A stretch of 64,000 nucleotides of DNA from Candidatus Poribacteria bacterium (GTDB lineage Bacteria > Poribacteria > WGA-4E > WGA-3G), in assembly GCA_965205015.1 (NCBI GenBank), contig OZ242029.1, positions 4,640,001 to 4,704,000 on the forward strand, written 5' to 3'. Of the stretch, positions 60,160 through 64,000 are shown piece by piece. The position numbers were made by a program, and so were the translations under genes. Each line of letters begins with the position of its first letter. The first letter of the stretch is position 1. The notes below the pieces were generated by a model. The model ran no database searches. It was given only the letters and a program-made list of their open reading frames with translations, and was not told the origin of the DNA.

Positions 60160-62290
60160 GGGTTATCAGTTAAAGAGATGTTTGTGGCATGCACACAATA
60201 CGCAACTGCTACAGAAATTAACTTCGACCCTGAACTCGTGCTTTAACATTTATAAACGGAGGCGAGTTGATGGTCAAAATCGACCCCTGATAACTCACAA
60301 CTATTTTATCGCACTCTTCATCGGTATTCTATTTATCGTCGGCTGTGAAAACAGTGCGCCTCAGAGACAGGTCCGGTACGAATGGAAAACCGTCATGGAG
60401 GGCGATTGGAGTTCACATCTCTATGATGTCCATTTCGTTTCTGAAAAGCGGGGTTGGGCAGTTGGTAACGCTGTGGACGTAACGCCTGGTGCCGATTTTG
60501 GAGAAGGTGCGGAAAGTCTCATCATCCATACAAACGACGGTGGACAAACATGGCACAGACAGCACAGCAGCGTTTTCAACAACCCCCTACGAAATGTGTA
60601 TTTTCGCTCAGCATCAGAAGGCTGGTGCATAGGCGAAAGCGGCACTCTGATCCATACAACAGATGGCGGACAGACATGGCAGCACATTGAAACCGGCACG
60701 GAAAATAATCTGCATGACCTCTTTATCGGCAATGGAACAGGCTGGATTGTGGGTGACTGGGGCACCGTGCTGAAAACAACCGACAATGGACAGACGTTCG
60801 TACAGATGGATGGACAGGTGTTCGGCGGAAACCAGTCATTGAAAGGTGTCCATTTTATAGACGAAAACCGGGGATGGATTGTTACCTATAGTCCCCCGAC
60901 ATCAACACATTCGGAAAAGGCTGGCTATATCTATCAGACAACCGATGGCGGAGAAACTTGGGAAGTCCAATTTGAGACGGAAGCTGCCCTGTTCAACCTT
61001 CACTTCATAAACAAACAGACAGGTTGGGTTGTCGGTGACAAGCGGAGCATCTTCGCAACAACCGATGGTGGCAATACATGGAATTTCGTCACTCGCGGAA
61101 CCAACGAACGCCATAAAAGTAGTTACGGTCAACCCGACTATCTCGGGAATGAGCCATTACATACCTTTACACTTTACGATATTGACTTTGTAGATACCCA
61201 AAACGGATGGATTGTCGGCGACTTAGGCGTGATTCTCCACACTTCGTCGGGTGGAAAAGAAAAATGGAAACATCAACGCGGCGGTCCGCGCTTTCATAAC
61301 AGCGCAGATGCCGTCCTGTTGGGTGTTGACTTCGTCTCGAAGCAAATCGGTTGGGCAGTCGGTGAAAACGGCACGATTCTGCACACCCGCAACGGGGGTG
61401 TAACCTGGGAATCACAATCAAGTCCGAGTCATCTTCTCGTAGGTATATCTGCTATCTCACCCGATGAAGGATACGTTGTCGGTGACCGGGGCACGATTCT
61501 ACGAACCGAAAACGGAGGGAGTGTCTGGAGAGCACAAGACAGTCGTACAACTGAGTGTTTTGGGGCAACCCATTTCGCGTCCGCAGAAATCGGATGGGCG
61601 GTTGCAGAAGCCGGGGTCGTTCTGCATACCAGAAACGGTGGAAGCGTATGGCAACGTCAAGTCTCAGGAACGCAGCAGGACCTACTCGGTGTTTTCTTTG
61701 CAGACGAAAAAAATGGATGGTGTGTCGGAAGCGGCGGTGAAATCATTCATACAAATGATGGCGGGAAAACATGGCACCGTCAAAAGAGTGGAACGAATTG
61801 GAATCTCTTTGACGTTCATTTCACCTCCAAACGGCGTGGTTGGGCAGTCGGTCTGAACGGAACAATGCTTGCGACAGTTGACGGCGGCACCCATTGGAAA
61901 TTGTCACCCCTTAGCGAGCGATACCCATCTTTTTTCTTAGATGCCGTTATGTTCGTCACCCCAGAGATAGGATGGGTCGTAGGATTAGATTTACGCAGTT
62001 TGGGTATGGATGGGTTGATCCTACATACCGAGGATGCCGGGAAAACATGGCATCGTCAAGAGAGTCATACCCGCAATTTTCTTGACGATGTATTTTTTAT
62101 TTCAGAAACAGAAGGCTGGATTGTTGGAAAAGAGGGGCTCGTCCTCCACACAATCGATGGTGGACAAAATTGGAGACCTCAGCACACAGATACGAAAACG
62201 GATCTGAAGGCTATCTATGTCAGCAATGCAGATAGCGGATGGGCGGTTGGGCAAAACGGAACAATCCTCAGATATGAAGCCGTTCCGTGA
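60137..62290 (+). CDS. YCF48-like BNR-repeat beta-propeller lipoprotein (start uncertain)
   Basis: lipobox-like FIVGC; many GWAVG..G.ILHT.DGG.TW repeats. Confidence 0.8.
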   Translation: MSAKSCFKGYQLKRCLWHAHNTQLLQKLTSTLNSCFNIYKRRRVDGQNRPLITHNYFIALFIGILFIVGCENSAPQRQVRYEWKTVMEGDWSSHLYDVHFVSEKRGWAVGNAVDVTPGADFGEGAESLIIHTNDGGQTWHRQHSSVFNNPLRNVYFRSASEGWCIGESGTLIHTTDGGQTWQHIETGTENNLHDLFIGNGTGWIVGDWGTVLKTTDNGQTFVQMDGQVFGGNQSLKGVHFIDENRGWIVTYSPPTSTHSEKAGYIYQTTDGGETWEVQFETEAALFNLHFINKQTGWVVGDKRSIFATTDGGNTWNFVTRGTNERHKSSYGQPDYLGNEPLHTFTLYDIDFVDTQNGWIVGDLGVILHTSSGGKEKWKHQRGGPRFHNSADAVLLGVDFVSKQIGWAVGENGTILHTRNGGVTWESQSSPSHLLVGISAISPDEGYVVGDRGTILRTENGGSVWRAQDSRTTECFGATHFASAEIGWAVAEAGVVLHTRNGGSVWQRQVSGTQQDLLGVFFADEKNGWCVGSGGEIIHTNDGGKTWHRQKSGTNWNLFDVHFTSKRRGWAVGLNGTMLATVDGGTHWKLSPLSERYPSFFLDAVMFVTPEIGWVVGLDLRSLGMDGLILHTEDAGKTWHRQESHTRNFLDDVFFISETEGWIVGKEGLVLHTIDGGQNWRPQHTDTKTDLKAIYVSNADSGWAVGQNGTILRYEAVP

Positions 62291-62326
62291 ATAGTTAACC
62301 GACGAGGGAAAAAAAGGAAAAGCATC

Positions 62327-63070
62327 ATGACAGACGAACAAAAATATCTATTCGATTTGCAAGGTTTCATTGTCCTGAAGGGCGTTATCCCACAAACAGT
62401 GGTTGACGCGTGTAACGCTGTGTTAGATGAATACGAGAATATGCCACCGGACGACTATCCACCACCACTGTGCCTCGGCACCCAGCGAACGGAGAAAGAA
62501 CTCTACATCTCCAACATCTTGGAGGCTGACAGTGTATTCAACGTCCTGATCGACATCCCAGAAGTGCTGGATGTAATCCAAGGCGTAACTGGCGGTCCGT
62601 ATCGGCTCAATCATACCTACACAATTTACCGGTGGGGTGGCGGTTATACCGGGTTGCACATGCACGGAACACCGATTATCCCGAAATGCCAGTATCATTG
62701 CAAAAACGGAGAGATGGTATCAACTTTAACAAAAGCGGTCTTTCCGATGCTGGACTGTGATGTAGAGGACGGTTGTTTCGCCGTTATACCGGGTGCACAT
62801 AAGAGCAATTTCCCAAAACCTTGGGGAGGCCATCCCGATGAAAATCCCGTGTTGAGCCCGATCCCAGCAAAAGCAGGAGACGCTATCATCTTTACGGAGG
62901 CACTCACACACGGGTCTGTTATCAACGTTTCTGGTAACCCGCGTCGGACGCTCTATTACTGCTACAGCATCGGCTATATGCCAGATTGGGGCGGTCAGGG
63001 TTTGCATTTCAGCCCGAACGTTATGGAAAGCCTCAACGCAGCCCAGCAGTCAATCCTTCAGTTGAAATAG
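62327..63070 (+). CDS. phytanoyl-CoA dioxygenase family protein
   Basis: YLFDLQGF, LHMHG, IPGAHKS, EALTHG, RRTL. Confidence 0.85.
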   Translation: MTDEQKYLFDLQGFIVLKGVIPQTVVDACNAVLDEYENMPPDDYPPPLCLGTQRTEKELYISNILEADSVFNVLIDIPEVLDVIQGVTGGPYRLNHTYTIYRWGGGYTGLHMHGTPIIPKCQYHCKNGEMVSTLTKAVFPMLDCDVEDGCFAVIPGAHKSNFPKPWGGHPDENPVLSPIPAKAGDAIIFTEALTHGSVINVSGNPRRTLYYCYSIGYMPDWGGQGLHFSPNVMESLNAAQQSILQLK

Positions 63071-63254
63071 TTCACAGTTATCGACAGCCGATAGAAGTCA
63101 GACCCCGGATTTTTGTGATCTATGTGATTCACTATGATGAGACCTCCGATAATTAAGGTAAATTTGTCTTCTTATATCGCTGACCCAGCAATCATAGTTC
63201 AGACTTTCTCCGATAACTGATAACCCCTTAAAACAGGAGCCTATAATTAAAAAT

Positions 63255-64000
63255 ATGATTACGATCGCAGAACGGTTACAGAAACTTCCACCCTATCTTT
63301 TTGTAGACTTACGTCAAAAAATGCAGGCAGCACAAGCACGAGGTGTCGATGTGATTAGCCTCGGCATCGGTGATCCAGATATCCCAACACCCGATCCAGT
63401 CGTTGAGACCTTGTGCAGTACTATTCAAAACCCTGAAGACTCAGACAGGCACCGTTACGGGTGTGATAACCCTGTGGACGACTTTCCACAGGCAGTCCTC
63501 GACTTTTACCAGCATCGTTACGGGGTCACCCTATCCGATGATGAGGTAGTGACAACGCTGGGTAGTAAAGACGCAATTGTCAAAATGGCACTCGGTATAC
63601 TCAATCCCGGCGATATTGGCATAGCGGCGAGTCCAGGCTACCCTACCTACAACATCGGACATGTGTTTGCCAGTGCAACGACCTACTATGCGCCGCTTCT
63701 GCGAGAAAACGATTTCTATGTCGACTTTGACGCCATCCCTGATGAAGTGAAACGCCTTGCCAAAGTCCTCTGGATTAACTATCCAAACAATCCAACAACA
63801 GCCACTGCCGACCTCGATTTTTTCGAGCGTGCCGTGGAGTTTGGTAGACAAAATAACATCCTCATCGCCCACGACAACGCCTATAGTGAGAACACCTACG
63901 ACGGTTACCGCTCCCCCAGCATATTACAGGTGGAAGGTGCTGCTGAAGTCGCCGTTGAGTTTTTCTCATTAAGCAAAGCCTTCAATATGACAGGATGGCG
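63255..64000 (+). CDS. dapL: LL-diaminopimelate aminotransferase-like class I/II aminotransferase (runs off the window)
   Basis: my translation: MITIAERLQKLPPYLF, ISLGIGDPD, LGSKD, NYPNNPT, HDNAYSE, FFSLSKAFNMTGW; context near dapB. Confidence 0.85.
   Translation, partial: MITIAERLQKLPPYLFVDLRQKMQAAQARGVDVISLGIGDPDIPTPDPVVETLCSTIQNPEDSDRHRYGCDNPVDDFPQAVLDFYQHRYGVTLSDDEVVTTLGSKDAIVKMALGILNPGDIGIAASPGYPTYNIGHVFASATTYYAPLLRENDFYVDFDAIPDEVKRLAKVLWINYPNNPTTATADLDFFERAVEFGRQNNILIAHDNAYSENTYDGYRSPSILQVEGAAEVAVEFFSLSKAFNMTGW

Overview
A 64-kb bacterial chromosomal window. The lineage is probably Candidatus Poribacteria or a relative. This is inferred from PhyH, LamG, PD40, sulfatase and YCF48 expansions, a giant ECF sigma fusion and a shared C-terminal AV-x3-GKL-x3-W-x2-[IL]K motif, and it was not verified by any search. 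Housekeeping blocks are ffh-rpsP-khpA-trmD-rplS-rnhB...yraN (no rimM), glnS-gltX, glmM-yvcK, lepA-lepB-lepB-selB-selC, lipA and dapB-dapB...dapL. They surround a ~14-kb minus-strand defence island (about 18.2-32.1 kb). The island holds a type II CBASS operon (CD-NTase, Cap2, Cap3, Cap4-like nuclease-SAVED) and a type III R-M system whose mod and res genes are split by a separately promoted AAA/DUF3696 ATPase, a chimeric antitoxin-like gene and a RelE toxin. Also present are two intact IS elements with target-site duplications and a PQQ dehydrogenase/XoxJ-like/cytochrome c cluster with a lanthanide-type DxD motif. A 416-bp ORF-less IS200/IS605-type element carries its own promoter and a structured, omegaRNA-like transcript. 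Several nested MITE/REP/heptamer repeat families fill the intergenic space. All calls come from reading motifs by eye.
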